Positions 48,075 through 57,803 of a stretch of 64,000 nucleotides of DNA are shown here, one piece after another. The notes below the pieces were generated by a model. It was not told where the DNA came from, did not search any database, and saw only the letters and a program-made list of their open reading frames with translations. Source of the DNA: an uncultured Spirochaetota bacterium (lineage in GTDB: Bacteria; Spirochaetota; Spirochaetia; SZUA-6; Fen-1364); the NCBI GenBank assembly GCA_963781885.1, contig CAWAHW010000007.1, forward strand, positions 64,001 to 128,000, in the 5' to 3' direction. Numbering within the stretch: position 1 is the stretch's first letter; each line of letters starts with the position of its first letter. The translations under genes were made by a program, and so were the position numbers.

Positions 48075-48857
48075 TTACTTCGCGTTGTATTCGTAGAACC
48101 ATTTCGTCGTGAGCTTGTCCAGCGTGCCGTCCGCCTTCAGGGCCGCGATGGCGGCGTTGAAGGGGGCGACGAGGTCCGAGCCCAGCCGGAAGATGAAACC
48201 GTAGTTGTCGGTGCCCAGCGCATCCCCCACGACCTTCAGCTTGTCGGGGTTGGCGCCGATGTAGCCCCGGCTGGACGCGGCGTCCATGAGCACCGTGTCG
48301 ACGTCCCCCGCGAGCAAGGCCTGGACGGTCGCGCCGAACGTCTCGAAGAGCTTGATCCGCGGGTTGTCCTCCTTGCCGTCGAGCACGTTGTAGACGGCGA
48401 CGTAGAAGTTGGTGGTTCCCGCCTGCGATCCGATGAGCAGCTTCGGGTCGGCGGCGAAATCAGTCGCGTTTTTGAAGCGCGTCTCATCCTTGCGCACGAG
48501 CATGAACTGCTGGCTCACCATGTAGGAGTCGGAGAACGCGACCTGCTTCTTGCGCTCGTCGGTGATGGAGATCCCGTCCATGCCGACGTCGAACTGCCCG
48601 TCGCGCACGGCCTGGATCATGGTGTCCCACGAGGTGATGTTCCAGACGATCTTCGCGTTCAGGCGCTTGCCGATCTCGTTCACGGCGTCGTACTCCCAGC
48701 CCACGGCCTTGCCGTTCTTGTCGACGAAGTTCAAAGGGGTGAATGCGTTCTCCGTGACGGCCCGGATGACCCTGCCCTTGAGGTCGGGCAGCTTGGCCTG
48801 GCTGAAAGCCGATGCCGCGATCAGCACGACGAATGCCGCGCATGCGAACCTTTTCAT
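48075..48857 (-). CDS. Polar amino acid ABC transporter substrate-binding protein
   Basis: Signal peptide, ISITDERKK; SD AAGGAGG. Confidence 0.9.
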   Translation of the reverse strand: MKRFACAAFVVLIAASAFSQAKLPDLKGRVIRAVTENAFTPLNFVDKNGKAVGWEYDAVNEIGKRLNAKIVWNITSWDTMIQAVRDGQFDVGMDGISITDERKKQVAFSDSYMVSQQFMLVRKDETRFKNATDFAADPKLLIGSQAGTTNFYVAVYNVLDGKEDNPRIKLFETFGATVQALLAGDVDTVLMDAASSRGYIGANPDKLKVVGDALGTDNYGFIFRLGSDLVAPFNAAIAALKADGTLDKLTTKWFYEYNAK

Positions 48858-48907
48858 GAGCTCCTCCTTGAGGCGCCCAAGGTAATCCAATTGCCGGGTG
48901 CGTGCAA

Positions 48908-48962
48908 GGCGGCCACGGTACTCCGTGGCATTCAGGCGGCCACGGTGCGTTTGGTGGCATTT
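48908..48962. repeat. Second locus of the GCGGCCACGG palindromic repeat (2 degenerate copies)
   Basis: GCGGCCACGGTACTCCGTGGCATTCAG followed by GCGGCCACGGTGCGTTTGGTGGCATTT. Confidence 0.75.
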
Positions 48963-48989
48963 GCGCGTCATGTGTCGTATCTTAGGCGT

Positions 48990-49616
48990 ATGATCGTCGA
49001 ACCGCGGATTGAATCGTACATCGCCTCCCTCGGTGCGCAGCCCGACCCGGTGCTTGCCGCCATGGAAGCCCTGGCGGAGCGCCGGCATTTCCCCATCGTC
49101 GGAAGGCAGACGGGGTCGCTCCTCAGCCTGCTGGCGAAGACCGTCGGCGCGCGCCGCGTCCTCGAGCTGGGCTCGGGCTACGGGTACTCCGCGTTGTGGT
49201 TCGCGCGCGCCCTGCCGGAGGATGGCGTGGTGATCTGCACCGACCACTCCAGCGACAACCGCGACCTCGCCCTGGGGTACTTCCGCACCGCCGGTCTCGA
49301 GAAGCGCGTGGAGTTCCACGTCGGCGACGCCCTTGCAATCGCGCGGGATCAGAAGCCGGGTTTCGACGTGATCTTCAACGACATCGACAAGGAGGCGTAT
49401 GCCGCGAGCGTGCCGCTTGCGGTGTCGCTCCTGCGGTCGGGCGGTCTTTTCATCACCGACAATACCCTGTGGAAGGGAAAGGTCGTGGAGGCTGACACCT
49501 CGGACCCGCTTGTGGAAGGCGTCCGGTCATTCAACAAGCTCGTCTTCTCCCGGTCCGACCTGGAGGCGGTCCTCCTGCCGGTGCGGGACGGCATCACCGT
49601 GTGCCGCAAGAAATAG
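48990..49616 (+). CDS. O-methyltransferase (COMT/CCoAOMT-like)
   Basis: VLELGSGYGYS, FNDIDK, TDNTLW. Confidence 0.88.
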   Translation: MIVEPRIESYIASLGAQPDPVLAAMEALAERRHFPIVGRQTGSLLSLLAKTVGARRVLELGSGYGYSALWFARALPEDGVVICTDHSSDNRDLALGYFRTAGLEKRVEFHVGDALAIARDQKPGFDVIFNDIDKEAYAASVPLAVSLLRSGGLFITDNTLWKGKVVEADTSDPLVEGVRSFNKLVFSRSDLEAVLLPVRDGITVCRKK

Positions 49617-50297
49617 GGGCGGGCGCCGCGGATCGCATCCTGTCCCTCGTGCAGGCGATCCTGCGCGAGGATGCCGCGGCCCGACCGCTCGTCACCGTGA
49701 CCTGGGCGCAGACGGCGGCAGGCGCCATCGCCGCAGTCGGCGGGGCGCGCGCGGCCATCAGTGGACCCGAGTCGATGACGCTCACGCATCGCCTGCGCGC
49801 CCTGCACGATGCAATACTGGTCGGCATCCAGACCGTGCTTTCCGACGATCCGCTGCTCTCGGTGAGACTCGTCGAAGGGCTCCAACCCCAGCCCGTCGTG
49901 CTCGATTCCCGGTTGCGCTTCCCCCTCGGCGCCCGGCTCCTGGCGCGCGACGACAGGAAGACCTGGATCTTCCACAGCGCAGCCGATCCCGCGCGCGAAA
50001 GAGAGCTGGAGAAGCGCGGCGCAAGACTCTTTCGAAATCAAGGGCTCGTCCGAGGGCCTGGACCTCGTGGAAATGCTGCATGCGCTGGCGGACCAGGGCA
50101 TGCAATCGCTGATGGTGGAGGGGGGCGCGAGGGTCCTGGCCGCCTTCATGAAGCAGGGGCTCGCGCGCCAGGCCGTCGTCACCATCAGCCCGTCGCAGAT
50201 GGATGGCGTGCCCGGGCCGGGCATTCCTGCGCTGCTTTCTCCCGCGCGGGAAACCCTTGGCCCCGATACCGTGCTCTGGGGAAGGCTGGAGGTCTAG
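49601..50297 (+). CDS. RibD C-terminal (reductase-like) domain protein (frameshift near 50035)
   Basis: HDAILVGIQTVLSDDPLLSVR, VLDSRLR, LMVEGGA. Confidence 0.8.
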
Positions 50298-50379
50298 AAA
50301 GAGGTCACGGCGATGGATCGATGATCGTACGCGGTCGGCGATCGCGATGGAAGCGGAATGAATGCTGCCGACCGAGCCG

Positions 50380-50904
50380 TCAAGGCCCGCGGAGCTTCTT
50401 CCGCATGATGAAGTCGGTCTGGAGCTCGCCTCCCATCCGGAAGGCGTGCGTGCCCGCGGGCGCGAAACCCATTGCCGTGTAGAACCCGATTGCCGCGGTA
50501 TTCTTCTCCCAGACGCCGAGCCAGAGAGCGTCCTTTTTCCGGCGCCGCGCCCTTGCCTCCGCCTCCTGCAGCAGGATGCGTCCGAGCCCCCGGCCCTGGT
50601 GTTCTTTCCCGATGTAGATCCGCTCGATCTCCATCGACCGCGGCTCTTTCAGGTCGGTCTGCGCGGCGCCAACGTTCAGCTTCATGAATCCCGCGATGTG
50701 CCGGTCGACGAGCAGGAAGAAAAACGCCGAATGGCGATTGCGAAGCTCGCACGCAATGCGCGCGGGGGAAAAGGCATCGGCGAGGTATTCGTCCATCACG
50801 GCGGGATCGTTGAGGTGCCGGAACGTCTCGTCGTAGGTCCGTCGGGCGAGGGCGCGCAAGGTCTCGAGGTCCCTCATACGGCAGCGTCGGATGCTGATGG
50901 CCAT
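50380..50904 (-). CDS. GNAT N-acetyltransferase (PaiA-like)
   Basis: EIERIY, QGRGLG, WLGVWEKN..AIGFY. Confidence 0.88.
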   Translation of the reverse strand: MAISIRRCRMRDLETLRALARRTYDETFRHLNDPAVMDEYLADAFSPARIACELRNRHSAFFFLLVDRHIAGFMKLNVGAAQTDLKEPRSMEIERIYIGKEHQGRGLGRILLQEAEARARRRKKDALWLGVWEKNTAAIGFYTAMGFAPAGTHAFRMGGELQTDFIMRKKLRGP

Positions 50905-51224
50905 CAGCGCAGCGCGTTGAGCGAGATCACGGCCTTTCCGTCCCGGACGATGAGCAGGCAGACGCCGTCGGCGATGTCGTAGGCGTCGAAGGCCTGCCGC
51001 ACCGCGTTGAAGGGGAAGTTCCTTGTCACCGACGATTCGGGGCTCACGTAGCTTTCGCGCAGCTCCCCGTGCTCCACGAGCGCGATCACGGCGTGCTTCT
51101 CCCCGCCGGACTGGCTTTCTTCCAACGTGCGCATGAGCACGCGATCCGAAAGAACGCGCGAGGTCACGCTCCAGTCGAGGCCGCTCTCCTCCGGGGCCAT
51201 CTCTTCGTATACCACCCCTTCCAC
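50904..51224 (-). CDS. Hypothetical protein
   Basis: SD GAGGAGG; stop overlaps the GNAT start. Confidence 0.6.
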   Translation of the reverse strand: MEGVVYEEMAPEESGLDWSVTSRVLSDRVLMRTLEESQSGGEKHAVIALVEHGELRESYVSPESSVTRNFPFNAVRQAFDAYDIADGVCLLIVRDGKAVISLNALR

Positions 51225-51233
51225 GCGACCTCC

Positions 51234-51773
51234 TCAGGCTCCTGCGGTGCGCCGCACGGCAAAGGCGAGTATCATCTTTAGCATGTAGACGGGCCCGAAC
51301 CACGCGAGAAACGGGGTGGCAAGTCCGATGGGGAGCGCGATCACCGTTCCCACCACGACGAGAGAGACGGCTGTCGCCTGCTGCCTCCCGCCATCGGGCA
51401 TGACGTTCACGAGGCACGCCGCGGCGACGGTGTAGACGTAGAGGAAAGCCCAGTAGCCCGGCCTGCCGCCGAAAAGGAGAAAGAGCAGGAGAGGCTCGAC
51501 GATATGGCCGAATATAAAGAGCCACCGCAGGCCGGCGCGGGAGGCATAATAGCGGTCCGTGCCCGGCGCGAAGCACATCACCGCCCCGCCGCTCACGTCC
51601 GCCGCCACCAGGAAAAGAAGCAGCGCCTTCCACCAGGCAAGGCCTTCCACCCGCGACCACGCGAAGACGAGCGCAAGGACGCCGAAGACGGCACCAACGC
51701 CGTACGCGAGAAGCAGATCGAACGCAGTGGCACTCTCCCCGTGCAGGAGGTGCAGGATTCGCGGAACGCGCAT
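51234..51773 (-). CDS. Hypothetical membrane protein
   Basis: About 6 TM segments with a DxxGG motif. Confidence 0.65.
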   Translation of the reverse strand: MRVPRILHLLHGESATAFDLLLAYGVGAVFGVLALVFAWSRVEGLAWWKALLLFLVAADVSGGAVMCFAPGTDRYYASRAGLRWLFIFGHIVEPLLLFLLFGGRPGYWAFLYVYTVAAACLVNVMPDGGRQQATAVSLVVVGTVIALPIGLATPFLAWFGPVYMLKMILAFAVRRTAGA

Positions 51774-51860
51774 TTCTCTCCCCGGCAGTGCCACGGTGCT
51801 CCCTTCTGCTGCGAGTGTAGCGGCGTCGGTCCGGAGCTGTCAACGAAGTGTCCGACCTCA

Positions 51861-51889
51861 TTGCCGCCGGTGGCGGCTGGCGGTATACT
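51861..51889 (+). promoter_or_regulatory. sigma70 promoter for the uORF-secA2 transcript (predicted leaderless)
   Basis: TTGCCG-N17-TATACT, 6 nt before GTG at 51896. Confidence 0.65.
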
Positions 51890-51895
51890 GGTGAG

Positions 51896-52129
51896 GTGAA
51901 GGGCTCGCGCAGGATTTCCGTCATTCTCGTCAACACGATGCTCGTCTTCTGCGCGCTCTTCCTGATCGCCGCCCTGAGCACGGGGGGAATGGCCGTACTG
52001 GCCATCCTTTCCGTGGTCATATCGCTTGCGGCTCTCATCTTTGTCTCTTTCCGCCCCCGCACGCCCGCACTGCTTTCCCTGCGCGCCGCGCATCGGCGCT
52101 TCTCCTCCCGCTCGCCTCCGCGTTTCTAA
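51896..52129 (+). CDS. 77-aa two-TM leader protein ending RSPP; candidate translation arrest peptide
   Basis: MKGSRR-TM1-TM2-RPRTPALLSLRAAHRRFSSRSPPRF*; ends 53 nt before secA2. Confidence 0.7.
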   Translation: MKGSRRISVILVNTMLVFCALFLIAALSTGGMAVLAILSVVISLAALIFVSFRPRTPALLSLRAAHRRFSSRSPPRF

Positions 52130-52182
52130 ACCTTCGCTTCACGCTGCTTTCGCGGCAGTCTGCGCAAAAACACGGAGGGTTT

Positions 52183-54530
52183 ATGAAGAACGGGAAGAAG
52201 CGCGGCGTGACGCCGCGGCAGAAGCTTGCCTACACGCTCAGCACGGCGCGCGGCGTTCCGATCGAATACGACCTGCGGCCGTACCAGGCGTCGGTCCGGG
52301 CCATACGGGCGCTCGCGATGGAGAACGAAAGCGATGCATCGATTGGGAGAAGGGCGGAGGCGCTTCGCGTCCGGCTGCGCGGGGGAGGCGACCCGCAGGC
52401 CGAGCTGCGCGAATGTTTCGCCCTCGCGGCGGAGGCCTGCCGCCGCCGGTTGGGCATGCGGCCGTTCGACGGGCAGCTCGTGGCGGGGATTGCCCTGCAC
52501 GCCGGCAAGCTCGCCCAGATGCCCACGGGGGAGGGCAAGACGCTCGCCGCGGTTTTCCCCGCCTGTCTGGTCGCGCTTGGCGGCCTCCACGTGCACGTCC
52601 TCACCGCGAACGACTATCTGGCGGGAAGGGACGCGCAATGGATGGGGCCGATCTACGGGCTGCTCGGCGTGCGCGTCGCGTCGATCGCCGCGGATTTCTC
52701 GCCCGCTGAAAGGAGGGCGGCATATGGCGCCGAGGTGACCTACCTCACCGCGCGCGAAGCGGGCTTCGACTACCTCCGCGACGGCCTGTGCTTCTCACCG
52801 GCGGACCTTGTGCAAGGGAGCCGGGAACGGGCGATCGTCGACGAGGCGGACTTTCTCCTCATCGACGAGGCGAGGGTCCCGCTCGTGATCGCCGGTGAGG
52901 CGGACCTCGACGTGGCTGCCCCGCTCCGCGCGGATGAGGTGGCCCGCTTCATGCACCGCGGCCGCGACTACGACGTGGACCGGGAAGCCAGGCGCATCGC
53001 GCTTCTCCCCGCGGGGCATCGTGCCGTCGAGGCGGCATTCGGCGTCGCCGGCATCCACGAGGAGACAGGGGCGCTGTGCTTCGCGCGCGTCTACGCGGCG
53101 CTTCATGCCCGCGAGCTCCTGCAGCGCGACGTCGATTACGTCGTCAAGGACGGCGCCATCGGCCTGGTGGACGAGCTCACGGGCAGGATCGCCGATCGGC
53201 GCCAGTGGCCCTGGGGGATCCAGGCAGCGCTGGAGGCGCGCGAGGGCCTTTCTCTCCGGGTCGAAGGCACGGTGTACGGGAGCATCACCATCCAGCACTT
53301 CATGGGGCTCTACGACTCCATCGCCGCCATGACCGCGACCGCCGTTCCCTCTGCCGTCGAGCTTTTCGAGGTCTATGGCCTTTCGACGGTGATCGTGCCG
53401 GCGGAGAAGCCGCTCCGCCGCATCGATGAGCCCGACGTCGTCTGCGCCACGCGCGCCGAAAAGACCGCGGCGCTCGGGCGGGAGATTGTCCGCTCCCACG
53501 CGGAAGGCCGTCCCGTGCTCGTGGGCACCGCATCGGTGCGCGAGTCGCGCGAGCTTGCGGAGCTGCTGCGCGCGGCGGGAGTCGCCTGCGACGTGCTCAA
53601 CGCAGCGGATGACGCGCGCGAGGCGGAGCTGATCGCGCGCGCCGGCGCCGGGGCGCCGTGACGATATCCACGAACATGGCCGGACGCGGAACGGACATCC
53701 GTCTCGACGCGGACCCGGCCGTCCTGGCCGCGGGGGGGCTCCTGGTGATCGGCACGAACCGGCACGAGAGCAGGCGCGTGGACGACCAGCTGCGCGGCCG
53801 GGCGGGCCGTCAGGGCGAGCCGGGCGCGTCGCGGTTCTTCGTGAGCCTCGAGGACCCGCTTTTCGAGCGCTACGGCGTGCGCGATTTCCTGCCGCGCGGC
53901 TGCCCGCTTTCGGACCCGCGCGTGCTGCGCGAGATCGACCGGGCGCAATCGATCATCGAGGCCCGTCACCATTCCATCCGCCGGTTGCTGCGCAAGTATT
54001 CCGCTCTCGTGGAGATGGACAGGCGTCACGTGCGCACGCTCCGCGACGCGGCGGTGCAGGAGGGCGCGCTCCCCGACGGCGTCGAACGGAGCCTGTCGAC
54101 CCCGGATGCCAGGCCTGCGGCGGTGGCGGCGTGGATCGCGCTCCTGGACTCGTTCTGGTCGGATCATCTCCTGCTGGTGGAGGAGGTGCGCGAAGGGATA
54201 CACCTCGAGCGCTACGCGGGACGCGACCCCGGCCTGGAGTATATTCACAGGGTCGGGGGGGCATTCGATCGGGGGCTTGCCGCCGTCGAGGAGAAGCTTT
54301 CCGCGGCGTGCGCCCGACTTGCCGACGATCCAGACGCCCTGGGCTTCCCGAGCATGGGAATCCGCGTTCCTTCGAGCACCTGGACCTACCAGGTCGACGA
54401 CGAGGTGCCCGTCCGGTTTTCCATCGCGGCAGATCTGGGCGGGATGGGCGCCGCACTGGCCGCCGGCCCGATCATGATCATCGAGAGGGTGGCGCGCGCA
54501 ATCAAGGAAGCGCGCGAGCGGCGCCGGTGA
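52183..54530 (+). CDS. secA2: Accessory SecA2-type translocase ATPase (frameshift near 53650)
   Basis: [34 protein letters not shown]; about 780 aa; C-terminal PSSTWTY resembles actinobacterial SecA2. Confidence 0.85.
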
Positions 54531-54562
54531 CAAAGCGTCCGCGGCCTATGGAAGAAGGCATT

Positions 54563-57500
54563 CTACCCCGATTTTTCCGGCGAGGGTGGAAGCGCCAGGA
54601 CCAGCCGCACCGTTTCGCAGAGGCGCTCGGCCGTGTACGGCTTCATGAGGAGGGCCTTGACCTCCTGCGCCGAGCTGCGGACCCATTCCTCGTCGATGAG
54701 GCCCGACGACAGGATGATGCGGACGTCGGGGTCAATCCGTTTCAGGATGCGGGCGGCTTCGATCCCGCTCATCTCGGGCATCGACATGTCGAGCACCACG
54801 GCACTGATGCTCCCGGCCGCCATCCGAAAGCGCTCGATGCCTTGCTCCGCGCTGACGGCCGTGATCACCCGGTAACCGCCGCGCTCGAGGATGCGCTCCG
54901 CGAGGCGGAGGATGGTCCGCTCGTCGTCGATCACGAGGATTGTCCCCGTGCCCGCGGGAGTCGCCGGCGCCTCCGCCCGTTCCCCCTCGCCGGACGCGTC
55001 CGCCTCGATCTCGGGGAGGTAGATGTCGAAGCTCGTGCCGATCCCGGGCGAGGAGAACACGCTGATGAACCCCCCGAGCTGCCGCACCGTGCCATCGGTC
55101 ATGGAGAGACCCAGGCCCGTGCCCACGTTCGCGCCCTTCGTGGTGAAGAAGGGCTCGAAGATGCGGCGGCGCGTCTCCTCGTTCATCCCGACGCCGGTGT
55201 CGGTGATCGACATGCGCACGTAGCGCGGCGCGCTGCCCGCCTCGGGTACGGTTTTCCGCAGCTCCGCGCTGTTCTCCACGCGCATGCATTCGATGAGGAG
55301 CGTTCCGCCCTGGCGCGCATCAGGCGCCCGCATGATCGTCATCGCGTGCATCGCATTGAGGCAGACGTTCAGGAGCGCCTGTTCCAGGCGCGAGGGCTCG
55401 GCGCGCACCCACATCCGCTCCTCGGTATGGCCGACCTCGATCACGACGCTCTTGGGAAAGCCGTTGCGGCAAAGGGCTTCGACGCTCCGCAGGCACGCAT
55501 TCACGTCCACGGCGGCAAGCTCCATCTCCTGTTTGCGGCCGATCGCCAGGAGCTGCTTGATCAGGGCCGCCGCCCTTGAGGCCGCCTGGAGCGCCGTGTC
55601 CAGGCACTCCATTGCCTCTTCGGTCTGGCCGATGCTCTCCGTCGACAGGATGGCTCGCAGGAGGCTCAGGCTGCCGGTGATACCGACGAGGATGTTGTTG
55701 AAGTCGTGGGCGATGCCGCTCGTGAGGGTGCCGATGGCCTCCATCTTCTGCGCGTGGAAGAGCTTCGCCTCGATGCGCTTGTTCTCCTCCTCCGCCCGCA
55801 CGCCCTCGGTCACGTCCTGCGCAATGGCGGCGAAGCGCTTGCCCCGCGCCGTGCGCACCGCGAAGGACACCTGGCGCGCGATGATGCGGCTCCCGTCGGC
55901 CCGCTCCATCTCGACCTGCGCCGGCGGCGCGGTGCCGGGGCCCTCCCGGCGCATCGTTTCCCAGAGATGCCCGCGGAGCGCCGCCACGCCGGAAGGCGTC
56001 CTGCGCTCGCGCGGCAGCAGCCGCACCATCATGTCCACGTAGCGCGCGCCCACCGCCTCGCCCCGGGGAATCAGCGTCATCTGCTCCGCCGCGGGGTTCC
56101 ATTCGACGATGCGCCCATCCTCGTCGGTCATGGTGACCGCATCCAGCGTCTGTTCGAAGAAAGCGCGCAGGCGTTCCTCGCTGTCGGCCACGGCGCGTTC
56201 GGCGATCCGACGCTCGGTGATGTCGCGCGCGATGCCCTGCGTGCCCACGAACGCCTTTTTTCCCGACTGCGCGTCGGCGACGTAGAGGCCCTCCGCCTGG
56301 ACGAGAAAGACGGGAAGGGGAGAGACGGTAGCGGCGGCAGCCGTTTCTCCCCGCGTCTCCGCGGCGAACAGGCGGAGCTCGAGGGAACGGGTGCTGCGTG
56401 GGCCGGTCCGCCGCTCGTTCAGCCGATAGACCGCGTTGCGGCGATCGTCGGGGTGGACGTAATCGAGGATCGGCCGTCCCAGCATCTGGACCGGGTCGTG
56501 ACCGTAGCGGCGCACCGCGTCGTTCACGAACGTGATGGCCCCTGCGCGGTCCAGGCGATAGATGATGTCGTAGGCGGAGAACAGGATGGAGGCGATCTCC
56601 TTCTGCGACTGCGCGAGCGCGCTGCGCGCCTGCTCCAGCGCCCTGTTCTGCGCCACTGCCTGCGCCGCCTGCTCCCGGATCTTTTCCTCCGCGTCCACGA
56701 GCGCCGTGATGTCCCGGCTCTCCGCGACCATGAACTCCACGCTTCCGCGGGCGCCCCGCACGGGGGACAGGGAGAAGGCGAATGTCCGTATGCTCCCGTC
56801 CCTGGCGGCGTGGCGCGACTGCCGTTGCACCGACTCGCCGTTGCGGACGCGCGCCACGGCCTTTTTAAGGGCCGCCTGCTCCTCGGGAAGGCTGCTCCAC
56901 ACGGGAAGACTCCACGCCGGGGTCCCCTTCATCTCCGCGAGACTGGCCCCCGCGAAACGCAGCGCAGCCGCATTTGCCGAGATGACCCGTCCCTCCGTGT
57001 CCCAGAGCCCGATGAGCTGGACGGTGCTGTCGAAGATGGCGGCGAGCCTCCTCTCGGTCCGGTCGACGCGGTCGGAAAGAGCCGCCGTGTTGGCCATCTC
57101 GTCGGCGGCGCGTACGCCGAGGATCACGAGCGTCGCGGTGAGCGCCGTTTCCCGAAGGGGCAGCGAGCGCAGGTGGAAGGCGATCAGCGCCGCGTCGTGC
57201 ATCGTCGCGAGGAAGAGCACGAGAAAGGCCGCCAGGGCGCGCCAGGCGGGGGCCTTGTCGGCGCGGGAAAGCTGCCGGCAGGCCATCGCGAATAGGGCAA
57301 CGAACATGCCAAGCACGAGCGCGGCGAATGCATACCCGGCGACGCCATAGTCCCCGTCGAGCATCGACAGCCGTTCTCCCCAGGGGAGCTGCAAGGCGAC
57401 GATGCCCCTGACGGTGCGGTAGACGAGCGAAGGGGAGATGAGCTGCCCGATGCCGAGCGCGGTGAAGCACGCGCCGAATGGCAGGAGAAGACGCGGGAGG

Positions 57501-57775
57501 CGGATCCTCGTGGGTAGCGCAAAAAGCCAGAGCAGGCAGAGGCAGAAACCCTCGGTCGCGAACATCTGCAGCCGGCCGAGGGCGAGAGAGCCGGCGGCGC
57601 TCGCGGCCTGGTAGAGCGCGATGCTGAATATAATGGAGGCAACGAGCAGGAACGACGCAAGGGCGAGCGCGCCGGAATCAGCCCTGCGCGCCCGCAATGC
57701 GAGCTGCGCCTGATAGACCCCTGAGATGAAGCTGATGCCCGCCAGGGCGCTGAGATACATGAGAAAGGGAGACAT
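54563..57775 (-). CDS. Membrane multi-PAS hybrid histidine kinase
   Basis: About 7 TM segments, three PAS domains, IAHDFNN, GTGLGL, VLDMSMP. Confidence 0.9.
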   Translation of the reverse strand: MSPFLMYLSALAGISFISGVYQAQLALRARRADSGALALASFLLVASIIFSIALYQAASAAGSLALGRLQMFATEGFCLCLLWLFALPTRIRLPRLLLPFGACFTALGIGQLISPSLVYRTVRGIVALQLPWGERLSMLDGDYGVAGYAFAALVLGMFVALFAMACRQLSRADKAPAWRALAAFLVLFLATMHDAALIAFHLRSLPLRETALTATLVILGVRAADEMANTAALSDRVDRTERRLAAIFDSTVQLIGLWDTEGRVISANAAALRFAGASLAEMKGTPAWSLPVWSSLPEEQAALKKAVARVRNGESVQRQSRHAARDGSIRTFAFSLSPVRGARGSVEFMVAESRDITALVDAEEKIREQAAQAVAQNRALEQARSALAQSQKEIASILFSAYDIIYRLDRAGAITFVNDAVRRYGHDPVQMLGRPILDYVHPDDRRNAVYRLNERRTGPRSTRSLELRLFAAETRGETAAAATVSPLPVFLVQAEGLYVADAQSGKKAFVGTQGIARDITERRIAERAVADSEERLRAFFEQTLDAVTMTDEDGRIVEWNPAAEQMTLIPRGEAVGARYVDMMVRLLPRERRTPSGVAALRGHLWETMRREGPGTAPPAQVEMERADGSRIIARQVSFAVRTARGKRFAAIAQDVTEGVRAEEENKRIEAKLFHAQKMEAIGTLTSGIAHDFNNILVGITGSLSLLRAILSTESIGQTEEAMECLDTALQAASRAAALIKQLLAIGRKQEMELAAVDVNACLRSVEALCRNGFPKSVVIEVGHTEERMWVRAEPSRLEQALLNVCLNAMHAMTIMRAPDARQGGTLLIECMRVENSAELRKTVPEAGSAPRYVRMSITDTGVGMNEETRRRIFEPFFTTKGANVGTGLGLSMTDGTVRQLGGFISVFSSPGIGTSFDIYLPEIEADASGEGERAEAPATPAGTGTILVIDDERTILRLAERILERGGYRVITAVSAEQGIERFRMAAGSISAVVLDMSMPEMSGIEAARILKRIDPDVRIILSSGLIDEEWVRSSAQEVKALLMKPYTAERLCETVRLVLALPPSPEKSG

Positions 57776-57803
57776 ACCTTCCGGGTGGCCTACTATACCG
57801 TAC

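Noticed and set aside
47164-48857. Amino acid ABC operon lacking an ATPase gene
   Set aside because: ATPases are often encoded elsewhere; unremarkable without the whole genome.
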